Under the pieces are notes generated by a model that was not told the origin of the DNA, did not search any database, and worked only from the letters and a program-made list of their open reading frames with translations. Of a stretch of DNA of 32,000 nucleotides, positions 10,572 through 20,787 are shown piece after piece. Position 1 is the first letter of the stretch, and each line of letters begins with the position of its first letter. Source of the stretch: Demequinaceae bacterium. Its GTDB lineage: Bacteria; Actinomycetota; Actinomycetes; Actinomycetales; Demequinaceae. Where the stretch lies: NCBI GenBank assembly GCA_965250005.1, contig OZ252279.1, positions 1,200,001 through 1,232,000 of the forward strand, read 5' to 3'. The position numbers and the translations under genes are program-made.

Positions 10572-11973
10572 GCTTCGCTCCCTTCCGCTTGGGCCGTGCA
10601 GATCCGTCGACGGTGTCGCCGGTGCGTGGTGAGGGGGGCAGCTTTTCTCCGGGGCGCGGAGGCACCGGGAATCCGCCCGCGAACGGGTCGATGACCTTGG
10701 CAGCCCCGCTCCGTTTGGGCGGCGCATCGTCTTCCTTGTCCCCGGCTCGGGTATACAACCACCACAAGATACCGATGACGGCCACTACCCAAGCCCAGCT
10801 TGCGAACGCGTCCGGGCTACGGCCCGGCATCACGTCGAGGACGACGACGCCAATCGCGTAGAACGCGATCCACACCAGCCCCGCAGGAATGAGGAACTTC
10901 CATCCAAATACCATGAACTGGTCGTAGCGGAACCGGAGCAAGGTGCCGCGCACCCAGACAAAGAAGCCCATGAACAGCCAGATCTTAAGGATGAGCCAGA
11001 TGGGCGGGAAGATCCCCGAGCTGAGCATCTCGTAGCCCGCCCACGATTCACCCCACGGTGCCTTCCAGCCGCCGAGGAAGAGCGTCGACGCAATAGCAGA
11101 CACGTTGATCATGTTGATGTACTCGGCAAGGAAGAACCACGCAAACTTCATCGACGAGTATTCGGTCATGAATCCGGCGACTAGCTCGCCCTCGGCTTCT
11201 GGGATATCGAAGGGTAGCCGGTTAGTCTCGCCGATCATCGATACGACGTACAACAGGAAGGCAGGGAGCAAGGTGATGACCCACCACTTGCTGTCCTGCG
11301 ATTCGACGATTTCGCTCATGGACATAGAACCGGCGACCATGAACACCGTCACGAGCGACAATCCCATGGCGAGCTCGTACGAGATGACCTGTGCGGTGGA
11401 CCGGATGGAACCCATGAGCGGGTACGTCGATCCCGATGACCAGCCGCCCAACACGATTCCGTACACGCCGAGCGCCGCGCACGCGAGAATGTATAGCACC
11501 GCCACGGGCGAATCGGTGAGTTGGAGCGGCGTAATCTCGTCGGTTCCGATGATCCGCGTGGACGGCCCAAATGGGATGACCGCGAAAATGAGCAACGAGC
11601 AGAAGACCGCAATCATCGGGGCGGCAATGTACATGAGTTTGTCGGCGGCGCGAACCGAAATGTCTTCCTTAAACAGGAGCTTCATCGCGTCCATGATGGG
11701 CTGCATCAGGCCGAACTTGCCGTGCACGTTCGGGCCGGGGCGCTCCTGAAACCGTGCAATGACGCGGCGTTCGAACCAGATAGCAAAGAGCACGCTCAGC
11801 AGCAGGAATACCAACACGAAGACGGCTTTGACCACCGAGACCCAGATGGAGTCGCCCTGGAGCGAGTTGAGACACTGGGTCTCGATCTGGCTGAGCGCCT
11901 CGGGCGAAATCACCTGGCAGTGGGCGCGTTCCTGGTCGTCGACAATCTGTGAAAGTGCCTGTGCAAGAATCAC
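10564..11973 (-). CDS. nuoH: NADH-quinone oxidoreductase subunit H
   Basis: 469 aa; [38 protein letters not shown] motif. GTG start overlaps the nuoG stop. Confidence 0.95.
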   Translation of the reverse strand: MILAQALSQIVDDQERAHCQVISPEALSQIETQCLNSLQGDSIWVSVVKAVFVLVFLLLSVLFAIWFERRVIARFQERPGPNVHGKFGLMQPIMDAMKLLFKEDISVRAADKLMYIAAPMIAVFCSLLIFAVIPFGPSTRIIGTDEITPLQLTDSPVAVLYILACAALGVYGIVLGGWSSGSTYPLMGSIRSTAQVISYELAMGLSLVTVFMVAGSMSMSEIVESQDSKWWVITLLPAFLLYVVSMIGETNRLPFDIPEAEGELVAGFMTEYSSMKFAWFFLAEYINMINVSAIASTLFLGGWKAPWGESWAGYEMLSSGIFPPIWLILKIWLFMGFFVWVRGTLLRFRYDQFMVFGWKFLIPAGLVWIAFYAIGVVVLDVMPGRSPDAFASWAWVVAVIGILWWLYTRAGDKEDDAPPKRSGAAKVIDPFAGGFPVPPRPGEKLPPSPRTGDTVDGSARPKRKGAKHD

Positions 11974-14456
11974 GCTCCAACCCCCTTCACTGCAACCGCT
12001 TCTCCTGCGTCGACGCCAAGCGTACGGGCGACGGCCGATCCGGGTGAGTTGGTGGGCACCCAGACCACGCCGTCGACCATGTCCTCGGTCACGGCAAGCG
12101 GGAGCGTGATCGATCCGCGCACAGATCCGGTGATGCGGACAGAACCGGAGACGCCGAGTGTATGGGCAGTCACAGGGCTCATGCGTGCCACCGGAACTTT
12201 GCCTGTCCCGGCCAGATACGGCTCACCATCTTGGAGTACCCCGGAGTCCACGAGTTGGTGCCACGACGCGAGCACCGTGCGTTTGGACGCGCGGCTCGAA
12301 GCAGACGGCGCCGCGACCTTGGGGTCCGCGGTGCGCTCCGCGTCGTCGATGGGAAGGCCCAGCATCTCGCCGTTGATGGCCTCGACCGTGGGAGTGCCCA
12401 AGTTCACGCCCATCTGCCGCGCGAGCATGTCGAGAACGCGGTGGTCGCTCATCGCGTCAGTGGAGATGGCGGTAGCGAACGAGCGCAGGCGCCCTTCCCA
12501 GTTCACGTATGTGCCCGACTTCTCGGAAGGCGGCGCCACGGGAAGCACCACGTCGGCGAGTTCGGCAACGTCCGTGCGCCTTACCTCAAGGCTCACAAGG
12601 AACGGCTTCTTGAACGACTTCTTGGCCGCGACCGGCAGGTCCGAGAGCGTGACGCCTCCGACAACCAGCGCGCCGATGCTTCCCGAGGCGGCCGCCTCGA
12701 GAATGTCGTGGGCACTGCGGCCCGGGGCGAGCGGCAGTGAGTCGAGCCCCCAGGCGTCGGCGAGCGAGCGTCGGGCGGTCGCCGATGTTGCGGCCGCGCC
12801 GCCGGGCAGAATGCCGGGAAGCGCGCCCATGTCCGCTGCACCGCGCTCACCTGCGCGTCGAGGAATCCAGGCGAGCTTGGCGCCAGTCTTGTCGGCTAGT
12901 ACGACAGCCTCGCTGAACCCGCCGCGCGCCGAGGCGAGGCGTTCGCCCAGCACGATGACGGCGCCGGCTAACTTGAGCGCGGAAAACGTCGCACCCGTGA
13001 TGCCCGCGAGGGCGTCGGCCTCAGCGCCCGGAACGCACGGCACGAGCGTCGCGTCGAGTTTGGCGGCTCCCCTGGATAGGAATGGCGCCACGGTGAACAC
13101 CCGCTGCTTGCCCTTGGATTTGTTCATGCGCAGAAACACCACGCCGCCCTCGTCCTCCGGCTCGAAATCCACCATCAACACCACGGGTGCATTCTCGAGG
13201 TCCGCAAACGTCACGCCCATGCCGACGCCAGCGACGCGGGCCCCGAGGAAGTCTTGCTCCTCTGCGCTCGCCGGCCGGTTGCGCGAGTCAACGTCGTTGG
13301 TCCCCAGGACAGCGCGGGCAAACTTCCCGTACGCGTATGCGTCTTCCATGGTGACGCGGCCGCCCGGAAGCACCGCGGCTCCCTTGCCCTTCTTGGGTGC
13401 GATCGCCTTGGCAAGGCCGGCAGCAGCGGCCTCAAGCGCCTCGGGCCAGGAGGCCTCGACCAACTCGCCGTCGGCGTTGCGAACCAGCGGCCGCTCCAGG
13501 CGGTCTGCCTGGTTCTGCCACGCGAAAGCGAAGCGGTCCTTGTCCGTAATCCAGTCCTCGTTCACCGTCGGGTCGTTGTCTGCGAGGCGGCGCACAATCT
13601 TGCCGCGGCGGTGGTCCGTGCGGATCGCACTGCCCGAGGAATCGTGCTCCGCGATGCCAGGCGATGAGACCAGGTCGAACGGACGCGACCGGAACCGGTA
13701 CGCGGCGCTGGTGAGCGCGCCAACAGGGCAAATCTGCACCGTATTTCCAGAGTAGTAGCTCGAGAACGGCTTACCCGACTCGTCCTCCGCCGCGAGGCCT
13801 GCTGGTGCGTAGCCGTCGTAGTTGAGTACGTCCGTGTCGAACGTGCCAATCTGCGAGCGCGCTCCGCGCTCCTGAAGGTCAATGAACGGGTCGCCCGAAA
13901 TCTCATCGCTGAATCGCGTGCAACGCTGACACAGGACGCAACGTTCACGGTCGAGCAGCACCTCGGTGCTGAGCGCGAGCGGCTTCTCGAAGACGCGCTT
14001 GACGTCCACAAAGCGGGAGTCGCTGTGCCCGTGGCTCATAGCCTGGTTTTGCAGTGGGCACTCGCCGCCCTTGTCGCACACCGGGCAGTCGAGCGGGTGG
14101 TTGATGAGCAGCAACTCCAACACGCTCTTTTGTGCGCGGTCCGCCTCTTCTGAGGTGTTCTGCGTGTTGACGACCATGCCGGGCGTGACCGTCATGGTGC
14201 ACGACGCCTGGGGTTTGGGAAAGGCGCGCAGGTTGCCCTCGCGGTCCGGCGAGGCAACACCGACAAGGCACTGGCGGCACGCTCCCGCGGGCTTGAGTGC
14301 AGGGTGGTCGCAAAAGCGCGGGATCTCAATGCCGACCTGCTCGGCGGCGCGGATAATCAGCGTGCCCTCGGGGACGGACGCTTCAATGCCGTCGATCGTC
14401 ACGTCGACGGTCTTGGGTGCCGTCAGCTCCGTAGCCTTGTCTGCTGTGGCGGTCAT
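11970..14456 (-). CDS. nuoG: NADH-quinone oxidoreductase subunit G
   Basis: 828 aa; 2Fe-2S motif CDHPALKPAGACRQCLV and CPVCDKGGECPLQNQ. Confidence 0.97.
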   Translation of the reverse strand: MTATADKATELTAPKTVDVTIDGIEASVPEGTLIIRAAEQVGIEIPRFCDHPALKPAGACRQCLVGVASPDREGNLRAFPKPQASCTMTVTPGMVVNTQNTSEEADRAQKSVLELLLINHPLDCPVCDKGGECPLQNQAMSHGHSDSRFVDVKRVFEKPLALSTEVLLDRERCVLCQRCTRFSDEISGDPFIDLQERGARSQIGTFDTDVLNYDGYAPAGLAAEDESGKPFSSYYSGNTVQICPVGALTSAAYRFRSRPFDLVSSPGIAEHDSSGSAIRTDHRRGKIVRRLADNDPTVNEDWITDKDRFAFAWQNQADRLERPLVRNADGELVEASWPEALEAAAAGLAKAIAPKKGKGAAVLPGGRVTMEDAYAYGKFARAVLGTNDVDSRNRPASAEEQDFLGARVAGVGMGVTFADLENAPVVLMVDFEPEDEGGVVFLRMNKSKGKQRVFTVAPFLSRGAAKLDATLVPCVPGAEADALAGITGATFSALKLAGAVIVLGERLASARGGFSEAVVLADKTGAKLAWIPRRAGERGAADMGALPGILPGGAAATSATARRSLADAWGLDSLPLAPGRSAHDILEAAASGSIGALVVGGVTLSDLPVAAKKSFKKPFLVSLEVRRTDVAELADVVLPVAPPSEKSGTYVNWEGRLRSFATAISTDAMSDHRVLDMLARQMGVNLGTPTVEAINGEMLGLPIDDAERTADPKVAAPSASSRASKRTVLASWHQLVDSGVLQDGEPYLAGTGKVPVARMSPVTAHTLGVSGSVRITGSVRGSITLPLAVTEDMVDGVVWVPTNSPGSAVARTLGVDAGEAVAVKGVGA

Positions 14457-15778
14457 GCGTGCGCTGCCTCCGCTGCGGACTGAGCCGCGTAGTCGAAGAG
14501 CGCTGAGGCGGCCGGGTCGAAAGAACAGCCGCGCGCGTTCACGTGAGCTTCGAACTCCTCACGGAAGAGCTCGACAGAAGACAAGATGGATGACGTCGCT
14601 CCGTCGCCCAGAGCACAGAACGACCGGCCAGCGATCGAGTCGCACGTGTCGAGCAACTGCTGAATGTCGGCGTGCGTGCCCTCACCGCCCTCGATGCGCT
14701 TGAGAATCTGCGTCAGCCAGAACGTGCCCTCACGGCACGGCGTGCACTTGCCGCACGACTCGTGCTTGTAAAACTCCGTCCAGCGCGTCACGGCGCGAAC
14801 AACACACGTAGTGTCGTCGAAGATCTGGAGGGCGCGCGTGCCGAGCATCGAGCCCGCGGCATCTACCGCCTCGTAATCAAGAGGAATGTCCAGATGCTTG
14901 TCAGTGAACATGGGCGTCGAAGACCCGCCTGGCGTCCAAAACTTGAGCTTTTTGCCACCGCGCATTCCGCCGGCCATCGCGAGCAGCTCGCGCAGGGTGA
15001 TTCCGAGCGGGGCCTCGTACTGACCGGGGTTGGTGACGTGCCCGGACAGCGAGAAAAGCCCGTAGCCCTTGGAGCGTTCCGTGCCCATGCCAGCGAACCA
15101 ATCTGCACCATTCGCGACAATGGACGGCACCGACGCGATGGTCTCAACGTTGTTGACCACGGTCGGGCGGGCGTAAAGGCCCTCAACGGCGGGGAACGGC
15201 GGCTTGAGGCGAGGCTGGCCGCGTCGGCCCTCGAGCGAATCGAGCAGCGCTGTCTCTTCGCCGCAGATATAGGCACCCGCGCCCGCGTGGACCGTAACGT
15301 CCAGGTCGAAGCCTGCGCCATGGATGTTCTTGCCTAGGTGCCCTGCCGCATAGGCTTCCGCAACGGCGTTCAGCAGGCGACGGTAGACATGCACCACCTC
15401 GCCGCGCAGGTAAATAAACGCGTGCTTAGACCCAATGGCGAACGAGGTGATCGCCACGCCTTCGATCAACAGGTGTGGCGAGGCCATCATCAGCGGGATG
15501 TCCTTGCACGTCCCCGGCTCGGACTCGTCGGCATTTACCACCAGGTAGCGTGGCAGGCCGTCGTCGGGGGGCAGAAATCCCCACTTCATACCCGCCGGGA
15601 AGCCGGCACCCCCGCGTCCGCGCAGTCCCGAGTCCTTCACCGCCTGGACTAGGTCTTCCGGTTGCTTCTTGAGTGCTTTCTTGAGTGCGTCGTAGCCTCC
15701 GCCGCCAGCGTAGTTGGCGAGCGTCCATGACTCGTCGTCACCCCACTGCTTGCTGAGAACCGGGGTCAGTTGCGTCAC
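14453..15778 (-). CDS. nuoF: NADH-quinone oxidoreductase subunit F
   Basis: 441 aa; RGRGGAGFPAGMKW, GAGAYICGEETALLDSLEG, SCGKCTPCREGT. Confidence 0.98.
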   Translation of the reverse strand: MTQLTPVLSKQWGDDESWTLANYAGGGGYDALKKALKKQPEDLVQAVKDSGLRGRGGAGFPAGMKWGFLPPDDGLPRYLVVNADESEPGTCKDIPLMMASPHLLIEGVAITSFAIGSKHAFIYLRGEVVHVYRRLLNAVAEAYAAGHLGKNIHGAGFDLDVTVHAGAGAYICGEETALLDSLEGRRGQPRLKPPFPAVEGLYARPTVVNNVETIASVPSIVANGADWFAGMGTERSKGYGLFSLSGHVTNPGQYEAPLGITLRELLAMAGGMRGGKKLKFWTPGGSSTPMFTDKHLDIPLDYEAVDAAGSMLGTRALQIFDDTTCVVRAVTRWTEFYKHESCGKCTPCREGTFWLTQILKRIEGGEGTHADIQQLLDTCDSIAGRSFCALGDGATSSILSSVELFREEFEAHVNARGCSFDPAASALFDYAAQSAAEAAHA

Positions 15779-16440
15779 TTGGCGCCGCCCCTCGGTGCTG
15801 TCCAGCCCTTGGACTTTGCGACGTCGAGACCCGCGAGCGTCGCCTTGCCTGCTCCGGGACCCTCGCCCGCCTTTCCGTCATCGAATCCAGCGAGTACGCG
15901 AGACACCTTGGTGAACGGTTCGACCTTGTTCGCGCCGCGCGTGGGACGCACGTCCCTGCCAGCGCGGATGTCGTCAACCAGCTGGCGGGCCGTCGCGGGT
16001 GTCATGTTGTCGAAGAATTCCCAGTTGACCATCATTACGGGGGCGTAGTCGCACGCGGCATTGCACTCGAGACGCTCGAGAGTAACTTTGCCGTCTTCCG
16101 TGGTCTCATCGTGGCCCACGCCCAGGTGCTCGCTGACGTCGTCCCAGATTCTGTCGCCGCCCATGACAGCGCAGAGTGTGTTGATGCAGACGCCCACCTG
16201 GTACTCGCCGTTGGGGCGGCGCTTGTACTGCGTGTAGAACGTGGCGACCGCGCTGACCTCAGCGTGGGTAAGCCCGAGCCGGTCCGCGCAGAACGCGATG
16301 CCATCAGGAGAAACGTAGCCTTCCTCCGATTGCACCAGGTGAAGAAGCGGCAACAACGCCGAACGAGGCTCAGGATAGCGCGAGATCGCGTCCTTGGCGT
16401 CCTTAGCGAGACGTTTCTGAACGTCGTCAGCGTAGGTCAT
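15775..16440 (-). CDS. nuoE: NADH-quinone oxidoreductase subunit E
   Basis: 221 aa; [14 protein letters not shown] and [16 protein letters not shown] (2Fe-2S ligands). Confidence 0.95.
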   Translation of the reverse strand: MTYADDVQKRLAKDAKDAISRYPEPRSALLPLLHLVQSEEGYVSPDGIAFCADRLGLTHAEVSAVATFYTQYKRRPNGEYQVGVCINTLCAVMGGDRIWDDVSEHLGVGHDETTEDGKVTLERLECNAACDYAPVMMVNWEFFDNMTPATARQLVDDIRAGRDVRPTRGANKVEPFTKVSRVLAGFDDGKAGEGPGAGKATLAGLDVAKSKGWTAPRGGAK

Positions 16441-17786
16441 CGGTCGACGCCTCCCAACACAAAGTCGATGGACGCGATGGCAACCACCACGTCTGCCATT
16501 TGGCCGCCCTCGCAGAGCATAGACAGCGCCTGCAGGTTGTTGAATCCCGGGTCGCGTACGTGTGCGCGATACGGCTTGGTTCCACCGTCACTCACGAGGT
16601 GCACGCCCAACGTGCCCTTGGGGTTTTCGATCGCCTGGTAAACCTGCCCCGGCGGAACCTTAAAGCCTTCGGTGACCAGTTTGAAGTGGTGGATCAGGGC
16701 CTCCATTGAGCTGCCCATGATTTCTCGAATGTGGTCAAGCGAGTTGCCCTGGCCGTCCGCGCCGAGGGAAAGCTGCGCGGGCCACGCGATCTTCTTGTCC
16801 GCCACCATTACCGGATCGCCCTCAGACGCCTCGATCCGGTCGGCGCACTGCGCGATGATTGTCAGGGACTCGTAGCACTCCTCGAGCCGCAGCACCACGC
16901 GCGCATATGCATCGGCATCCGTGGACGTGGGCACCTGGAAGTCGTACGTCTCGTAACCGCAGTACGGCTGGTCCTTGCGGAGGTCGTGTGGGTGGCCCGT
17001 TGCGCGCAGCATGGGACCGGTGACTCCCAGCGCCATACACGCGCTCAAATTGAGGTTGGCCACGCCCTTGAGTCGGCCCATGAATATCGGGTTGGCGAGC
17101 TGAAGATTGGCGAGCTCGTCCAGGCGCTGCTTGACCAGCGGAATCATCCTGCGGATGTCGTCGACCGCTCCTTTGGGCACGTCCTGCGCAACGCCACCGG
17201 GCCGAATATAGGCGTTGTTAGTGCGCAGGCCGGTGATCGACTCGATCACCCGGAACGTGTCCTCGCGGGCAATGAACGACGTGGTCATCACGGTTGTGGC
17301 GCCCATTTCATTTCCGCCCGTGCCGATGGCAACCAAGTGCGAACCGATGCGCGTCAGTTCCATCATCAAGACACGCAGCACGCTCGCTCGCGCCGGGATG
17401 TCGTCTGTGATGCCGAGTAACTTCTCGACGCCGAGGCAGTACACCGCCTCGTTAAACATCGCCGCCACGTAGTCCATGCGCGTAACGAACGTGACGCCCT
17501 GCGTCCACGTCCGGTACTCCATGTTCTTCTCAATCCCCGTGTGCAGGTAGCCGATCCCGGCGCGAGCCTCCGTCACCGTCTCGCCTTCGAGTTCGAGCAT
17601 GACCCGCAGTACGCCGTGTGTGGACGGGTGCTGGGGGCCCATATTGACGACAATGCGCTGCTGACCAAGGCGTGCGGCCTCGTCGACGATATCTGACCAG
17701 TCGCTGCCGTACGCAGTGTACTCGGGCGCTTCAGCGTCCTCGACAAATGCGCCGGTGGCTTCGGCAGTGGACTCAGTGCCGTTCAT
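16437..17786 (-). CDS. nuoD: NADH-quinone oxidoreductase subunit D
   Basis: 449 aa; [38 protein letters not shown]. Confidence 0.97.
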   Translation of the reverse strand: MNGTESTAEATGAFVEDAEAPEYTAYGSDWSDIVDEAARLGQQRIVVNMGPQHPSTHGVLRVMLELEGETVTEARAGIGYLHTGIEKNMEYRTWTQGVTFVTRMDYVAAMFNEAVYCLGVEKLLGITDDIPARASVLRVLMMELTRIGSHLVAIGTGGNEMGATTVMTTSFIAREDTFRVIESITGLRTNNAYIRPGGVAQDVPKGAVDDIRRMIPLVKQRLDELANLQLANPIFMGRLKGVANLNLSACMALGVTGPMLRATGHPHDLRKDQPYCGYETYDFQVPTSTDADAYARVVLRLEECYESLTIIAQCADRIEASEGDPVMVADKKIAWPAQLSLGADGQGNSLDHIREIMGSSMEALIHHFKLVTEGFKVPPGQVYQAIENPKGTLGVHLVSDGGTKPYRAHVRDPGFNNLQALSMLCEGGQMADVVVAIASIDFVLGGVDR

Positions 17787-18484
17787 CGGTACTGCCTCCG
17801 CTCGTCGGGCGACGGGACTGTCGCTCCCTTGTACTCCACGGGAATGCCACCCAGCGGATAATCCTTGCGCTGCGGGTGGCCCACCCAGTCGTCCGGCATC
17901 TCGATGCGTGCGAGGCCCGGGTGACCGTCAAAGATGATGCCGAAGAAGTCCCACGTTTCGCGCTCGTGCCAGTTGTTGGCGGGGTACACAGAGGTCACCG
18001 ACGGCATGTGCGGGTCCTTCTCACTTGCCGCCACCTCGAGCCGCAACGACCGGCCGTGAGTAACGGAGACCAAAGGGAAGACGGCATGAAGCTCGCGGCC
18101 TGCATCTGCGGGGTAGTGAACGCCGCTTACGCCCAGGCAGAGCTCGAAACGAAGGTCCTGGTCATCACGCAAGTGACGGGCCACGTCCACGAGGTGCTCT
18201 CGCGCAATGTAGAGCGTGAGTTCTCCGCGGTCCACAACGACCGACTCGATCGCTGACCTGGCGCTGTCGCCCAGAAGCTCCTCGAGGATGTCGACGGCTC
18301 CGTCGAACCACTCGCCGTACGGCCGATCAGCAGCGCCGGGCATCTCGACCGGCGAAACTAGGCCGCCGTAGCCGGACGTGTCGCCAGCGGCACCGAACAT
18401 GCCCTCGCGCACCCTAATGAGCGTCATAGGACGGCGGCCCTCGGGGCTCACTGGCTCGGGAACCATGCTCGTGTTCTGGGTCAC
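17783..18484 (-). CDS. nuoC: NADH-quinone oxidoreductase subunit C
   Basis: 233 aa; [40 protein letters not shown]. Confidence 0.97.
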   Translation of the reverse strand: MTQNTSMVPEPVSPEGRRPMTLIRVREGMFGAAGDTSGYGGLVSPVEMPGAADRPYGEWFDGAVDILEELLGDSARSAIESVVVDRGELTLYIAREHLVDVARHLRDDQDLRFELCLGVSGVHYPADAGRELHAVFPLVSVTHGRSLRLEVAASEKDPHMPSVTSVYPANNWHERETWDFFGIIFDGHPGLARIEMPDDWVGHPQRKDYPLGGIPVEYKGATVPSPDERRQYR

Positions 18485-19032
18485 CGCAGCAGCCCCTTCA
18501 TCTCTGACGTAGGGGTCGCCGCGAGCGCGGCTGCCTCTGCCGCCTTCGCGATCTCTCGACGGTTCTGGCCCAGCGGTTCCACCTGAATCTGCTTATGAAG
18601 TTCCAAGAGCGCGTTCAGCAGCATCTCGGGGCGCGGAGGGCAGCCCGGAAGATAGATGTCGACGGGAACCACGTGGTCGACGCCTTGGACTATCGAGTAG
18701 TTATTGAACATGCCGCCCGATGAGGCACAGACGCCCATCGCGAGCACCCACTTGGGCTCCGCCATCTGGTCGTACACCTGGCGAAGGATGGGCGCCATTT
18801 TGTTGGACAGCCGACCCGCGACAATCATGAGGTCGGCCTGTCGTGGGGAGCCGCGGAACACTTCCATGCCGATGCGGGAAATGTCGAAGCGAGGCGTTCC
18901 CGTCGCCATCATCTCGATTGAGCAACACGCGAGCCCAAACGTGACGGGCCACACCGAGCCCTGGCGCATGTAGCCCACGAAGTCCTCGACTGTGCCAAGC
19001 AGAAACGGCGGCGCGCTTTCTTCGATACCCAT
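18481..19032 (-). CDS. nuoB: NADH-quinone oxidoreductase subunit B
   Basis: 183 aa; [31 protein letters not shown]. Confidence 0.97.
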   Translation of the reverse strand: MGIEESAPPFLLGTVEDFVGYMRQGSVWPVTFGLACCSIEMMATGTPRFDISRIGMEVFRGSPRQADLMIVAGRLSNKMAPILRQVYDQMAEPKWVLAMGVCASSGGMFNNYSIVQGVDHVVPVDIYLPGCPPRPEMLLNALLELHKQIQVEPLGQNRREIAKAAEAAALAATPTSEMKGLLR

Positions 19033-19035
19033 CCG

Positions 19036-19395
19036 CTATTCCCAGTCGAATCCGCCACGGCGCCATTCATAAATGAACGGAACGGTGATCAGGGCAATAA
19101 ACGTCATGACGGCGACAAGCCCGAATAGGGCAAGCTGCTCGTACGCGATGGCCCATGGGTAGAGGAATACAACCTCGATGTCAAAGACGATGAACGTCAT
19201 CGCCACCAGGTAGTACTTGATGGGGATCCGCCCGCCGCCCACGGCTCCCGGGGTGGGCTGGATTCCTGATTCGTAGCGGTCGAGTTTGGCGGCGTTGTAG
19301 CGCTTGGGTCCGAGCAGGGAGCTGGCGACCAGGCCGGCAACTGCCATGAATGCGGCAACGCCGATCATCACCAGAATCGGTACGAACGGATTCAC
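19036..19395 (-). CDS. nuoA: NADH-quinone oxidoreductase subunit A
   Basis: Start trimmed to GTG at 19395 (MNPFVPILVMIGV) with an AGGAGG-type SD. KLDRYESGIQP and VFDIEVVFLYPWA motifs. Confidence 0.95.
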   Translation of the reverse strand: MNPFVPILVMIGVAAFMAVAGLVASSLLGPKRYNAAKLDRYESGIQPTPGAVGGGRIPIKYYLVAMTFIVFDIEVVFLYPWAIAYEQLALFGLVAVMTFIALITVPFIYEWRRGGFDWE

Positions 19396-19430
19396 GTGCC
19401 GCCTCCTCTCATCGTCCTCAGCGCCCGCAC

Positions 19431-20714
19431 TTATGCTGCCGGGGCGATGCGGGCTAGCGTGGCGAGCACGCGGTCTGCCCAATCGCCGCCGCGCGGCTCA
19501 TATACGTCTGACAGCAGTTTATGGGTAATCCACATGACCGTATGACTCGGGAGCCCGTACTTTGTGCAGATGCGCATCACGGCCGGCTTTTCGATGATCG
19601 CGGCGAATGCCCGGCCAAGACTGTAGTAGCCGCCAAGGTCCCGCTTCATCATCCGTGCGTAGCCTTCGAGCGCGTGTTCGCGAGCCACGGCGTCCGTGGC
19701 TTCGCGTGCCAGAACCATCGACTCCGTGACGCGGCGGGCCGCCTGCATCGCATAGGCAATCCCCTCGCCATTGAACGGGTTGACCATGCCCCCGCTGTCG
19801 CCCACAAGCATGAGTCCGTCGCGGTAGTGAGGCTGACGGTTGAAGGCCATCGGGATGGCGGCGCCCAACGTGTTTCCCACGTGCGTCTCGGGTGTGAGGC
19901 CCCAGCCCTGCGTCGAGTGTTCGACCCAATCGTCAAGTAGTGCACGGTGGTCAAGGCGCGTTGGCTTCCCGCGCCCGCTCAGCGTACCGAGCCCCACATT
20001 TGCGGTACCGTCTCCCAGCGGAAAAATCCACCCGTACCCCGGCAACAACTTGGACTTACCGCGCTCGCCAGCCCAAATCTCCAGGTGGCCCTCCATCCAG
20101 GGCTCGGCGTGGCGTTCGGTCTTGTAATACGTCCGCACCGCGACGCCCATCGGTCGATGCTTCTTGCGCTCGATGCCGAGACCTAGTGCGATGCGCGCCG
20201 CCACGCCATCGGCCGCGATGACCACGGGGGCACGAAACTCGATCTCGTCTCCGACGCGCTTGCCCTTGGAATCGGTTTCGCGGGCGTTGACTCCGACTAC
20301 ACGCCCGCTGCGCTCGTCGCGGATCGCGCCGGTTACCGCCATCCCCTCGCGCACGTCGGCGCCGGTGGTTCGCGCTCGATTCGCGAGGATGTGGTCAAAC
20401 TTGGCGCGCGGCAGGGTCAGTCCGTAGTTGGGAAACGAAGGTGTGTCATGCCACGGGAACTCAAGCGTGTGCCCGCCACCGACCATGCGGAGGCCCTTGT
20501 TGCGGAGCCAGCCTTCGTCTTCCGGAGTCTCCACACCCATGCGCGAGAGTTCGCGGACCGCGCGCGGCGTCAGCCCGTCACCGCAAACCTTCTCTCGCGG
20601 GAAGCGCGCCTTCTCCAGCGCAATGACATCGAAGTCCTCCTTGGCGAGATAGTGCGCTGCGGCGCTGCCGCCAGGCCCCACTCCCACGACGATTGCGTCG
20701 GCCGATGTCTTCAT
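19431..20714 (-). CDS. Geranylgeranyl reductase family FAD-dependent oxidoreductase, probable menaquinone side-chain reductase (MenJ-like)
   Basis: Rossmann motif VVGVGPGGSAAAHYLA, EKARFPREKVCGDGLTPRAV, LVGDSGGMVNPFNGEGIAYAMQ. 35 nt upstream of nuoA on the same strand. Confidence 0.85.
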   Translation of the reverse strand: MKTSADAIVVGVGPGGSAAAHYLAKEDFDVIALEKARFPREKVCGDGLTPRAVRELSRMGVETPEDEGWLRNKGLRMVGGGHTLEFPWHDTPSFPNYGLTLPRAKFDHILANRARTTGADVREGMAVTGAIRDERSGRVVGVNARETDSKGKRVGDEIEFRAPVVIAADGVAARIALGLGIERKKHRPMGVAVRTYYKTERHAEPWMEGHLEIWAGERGKSKLLPGYGWIFPLGDGTANVGLGTLSGRGKPTRLDHRALLDDWVEHSTQGWGLTPETHVGNTLGAAIPMAFNRQPHYRDGLMLVGDSGGMVNPFNGEGIAYAMQAARRVTESMVLAREATDAVAREHALEGYARMMKRDLGGYYSLGRAFAAIIEKPAVMRICTKYGLPSHTVMWITHKLLSDVYEPRGGDWADRVLATLARIAPAA

Positions 20715-20720
20715 GAGGCA

Positions 20721-20726
20721 AGCCTA
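20721..20726 (-). promoter_or_regulatory. Putative -10 hexamer TAGGCT, 6 nt upstream of the menJ-like ATG (leaderless promoter of the nuo operon)
   Basis: Minus-strand sequence TAGGCT-TGCCTC-ATG; no separate SD. Confidence 0.55.
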
Positions 20727-20775
20727 AGCGCGCCCGCCTAGGACCTTTGTACACGGCACCCAGCGCCAGCAGACA

Positions 20776-20781
20776 TAGAGT
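20776..20781 (+). promoter_or_regulatory. Putative -10 hexamer TAGAGT, 6 nt upstream of the menF GTG
   Basis: Sequence TAGAGT-tggagc-GTG. Confidence 0.5.
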
Positions 20782-20787
20782 TGGAGC

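Noticed and set aside
12049-13755. Long + strand ORF (568 aa) opposite nuoG
   Set aside because: Ser/Thr/Arg-rich antisense ORF typical of high-GC codon bias over a well-conserved nuoG.
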